Origin: an uncultured Patescibacteria group bacterium
GTDB lineage: Bacteria > Patescibacteriota > Patescibacteriia > UBA2591 > CALHIP01
DNA: 64,000 nucleotides
Assembly (NCBI GenBank): GCA_938030745.1
Contig: CALHIP010000001.1
Location: forward strand, 3,817-67,816
Direction: 5' to 3'
This document shows, piece after piece, positions 62,457 through 64,000 of the stretch. How positions within the stretch are numbered: the stretch's first letter is position 1; the number at the start of each line of letters is the position of its first letter. The notes under the pieces were generated by a model. That model was not told where the DNA came from, did no database searches, and saw nothing but the letters and a program-made list of their open reading frames with translations. Position numbers and translations under genes: made by a program.

Positions 62457-62987
62457 TTATTTCTCAAGAGTTTCTCTAACTAAATTATTTATTTTTCGAG
62501 CAACCTCATCTGGATTTTTAACATCGAAAAAAACAAATCTCTCTTTAGTACCAGCTGTTTGGATATAAACATTACCAAATTTAAAAATGGTAGGAAAAAA
62601 TCCTTTTATTTCAACTGTTATATCCTGAACTCTTGATAGAGGTTGTTTAGCAAGAGTACGGTTGAAAAGTCCAGTTTGCTGAATGTCGATAATCTGTTTA
62701 TCAGTTACTACCCATATATCAAAATAATAATCTATCCAAGCATGAAATAAGGCAATCCAGATAAAGATCAACCATAAACTGGCTAAAAGAACTAAAAGAG
62801 GATAAATAATTTCATTTTCTAAAAAGGCTGGAAAATAAATTTTTAAAACAAAATAAGTTAAGAATGGTAAAGAAGCAAAAATAAGATAACTCAGACTTTT
62901 TTTAAAGAAAATAAAAGGATGGCGCCGAAGAAAGAAAATTATTTTTTCATCAATATCAAGTTGCAAAAGTGATCTTTTTAGTTTCAT
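62457..62987 (-). CDS. Membrane protein with bacterial PH (bPH_2) domain
   Basis: RRHP, WVVTDKQII, Q.GLF, L.RVQD, FGNVYIQTAG. Confidence 0.82.
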   Translation of the reverse strand: MKLKRSLLQLDIDEKIIFFLRRHPFIFFKKSLSYLIFASLPFLTYFVLKIYFPAFLENEIIYPLLVLLASLWLIFIWIALFHAWIDYYFDIWVVTDKQIIDIQQTGLFNRTLAKQPLSRVQDITVEIKGFFPTIFKFGNVYIQTAGTKERFVFFDVKNPDEVARKINNLVRETLEK

Positions 62988-62989
62988 AA

Positions 62990-63283
62990 TTATTTTGGAA
63001 GAAATTTTAATTCAAAATTAGTTATAGCTGGAATCTCTATTTCTATTCTTGGTAATTTAAAAGAAATAATTGGTTGATGCCAATTTATTTTTATAATTTC
63101 TTGATAAGAAGAAAAAAGAATAATTACTAAAACTGCTAAAAAGAAAAAAGAAGCAAAAACTGTTTCCCAATCAAGTGAACCAAATTTAAAAAGATGATAA
63201 AAATTAAATAAAAGATAGATAAAACAAACAAAAATAAGAGCTAAATAGACAATAAGGAAAATATAAAGTGGGATCTCTATCAT
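62990..63283 (-). CDS. Hypothetical membrane protein
   Basis: Two TMs, YHLFKFG; operonic spacing. Confidence 0.65.
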   Translation of the reverse strand: MIEIPLYIFLIVYLALIFVCFIYLLFNFYHLFKFGSLDWETVFASFFFLAVLVIILFSSYQEIIKINWHQPIISFKLPRIEIEIPAITNFELKFLPK

Positions 63284-63289
63284 AAAAAA

Positions 63290-64000
63290 TTAGAATAAAG
63301 TTGATTTTTTAAAGCCAAAATATTCTTTTGCTGCTGAGGTAGCTACCCGACCACGAGGTGTCCGGTCTAAAAAACCAATTTGCATTAGAAATGGCTCATA
63401 AATTTCCTCAATTGTCTCTTCATCTTCAGCTAAAGCAGCAGCTAAAGTTTTAATTCCTGTTGGTCCTCCACCAAATTTTTCAATTAATATTTTTAATAAT
63501 TTTCGATCGCCTGGAGTTAGACCTAATTCATCTATTTCTAAAAGATTTAAAGCTTCTTGTACAACTTTTTTGTCAATTTTTTTTATTTCTTTTACCTGAG
63601 CAAAATCTCTTACTCTTTTTAAAAGTCGATTAGCAATTCTTGGTGTTTTTCTTGCTCTTTTAGAGAGTTCTTTAATTGCCTCTTTGTCTATATCAATTCC
63701 TAAAATTTTGCTTGATCTTTCAACAATTTTTTCAATTTCTTCATCTTGATAAAAATCTAAAGAATAAGTTACGCCAAATCTATCTCTTAAAGGTGAAGTT
63801 AAAAGAGAAGGTCTGGTTGTTGCACCAATCAAAGTAAATGGTGAAAGTTCTATTCTTAAAGTTTCAGCCATTGCTCCTTTACCAACAACTAAATCTAAAA
63901 CATAAGATTCCATAGCCGGATATAAAATTTCTTCAATTAAAGGATTTAAACGATGAATTTCATCAATAAAAAGAATCTCTCCTCTTGAGAGATTGGTCAA
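63290..64000 (-). CDS. ruvB: Holliday junction branch migration helicase RuvB (3' part)
   Basis: LFIDEIHRL, FTLIGATTR, PLRDRFG, TPRIANRLL, RTPRGR. Confidence 0.97.
   Translation of the reverse strand: MTNLSRGEILFIDEIHRLNPLIEEILYPAMESYVLDLVVGKGAMAETLRIELSPFTLIGATTRPSLLTSPLRDRFGVTYSLDFYQDEEIEKIVERSSKILGIDIDKEAIKELSKRARKTPRIANRLLKRVRDFAQVKEIKKIDKKVVQEALNLLEIDELGLTPGDRKLLKILIEKFGGGPTGIKTLAAALAEDEETIEEIYEPFLMQIGFLDRTPRGRVATSAAKEYFGFKKSTLF

Overview
AT-rich, gene-dense bacterial chromosome segment (standard code). It most resembles a Patescibacteria/CPR (Parcubacteria-like) genome and is probably thermophilic, given lysine-rich proteins and a speD-bpsA pair. This taxonomic call is inference from gene content and style, not a database result. 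Most of the window is housekeeping: rpoD (partial), dnaG, ppsA, groEL/ES, secG, rnj, trpS, murI, glyA, tig, hppA, nusA, rnhB, glgA, ruvB (partial) and 11 tRNAs, none with an encoded CCA. The standout is a ~12 kb minus-strand locus (2360-14360) that looks like a modular split dikinase system. One intact stand-alone ATP-grasp (PPDK_N) gene sits with five paralogues, each a highly variable ~380-aa N-terminal domain fused to a conserved swivelling phospho-His domain. The locus also carries a HAD hydrolase, an EamA transporter-riboflavin kinase fusion and several decayed copies of these modules. Short perfectly identical DNA tracts at the 5' end of the ATP-grasp gene and the 3' end of the His domain suggest ongoing recombination or cassette turnover. 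Other notable signals: a dispersed ~90-105 bp element made of two palindromes with an invariant 59-nt gap (4 copies); leaderless core genes versus SD-led orphan cassettes; tRNAs abutting stop codons; two tRNAs with A18/G55 covariation; an Elp3 plus Trm9-like pair; and a CarS-like gene coupled to a CDP-alcohol phosphotransferase.
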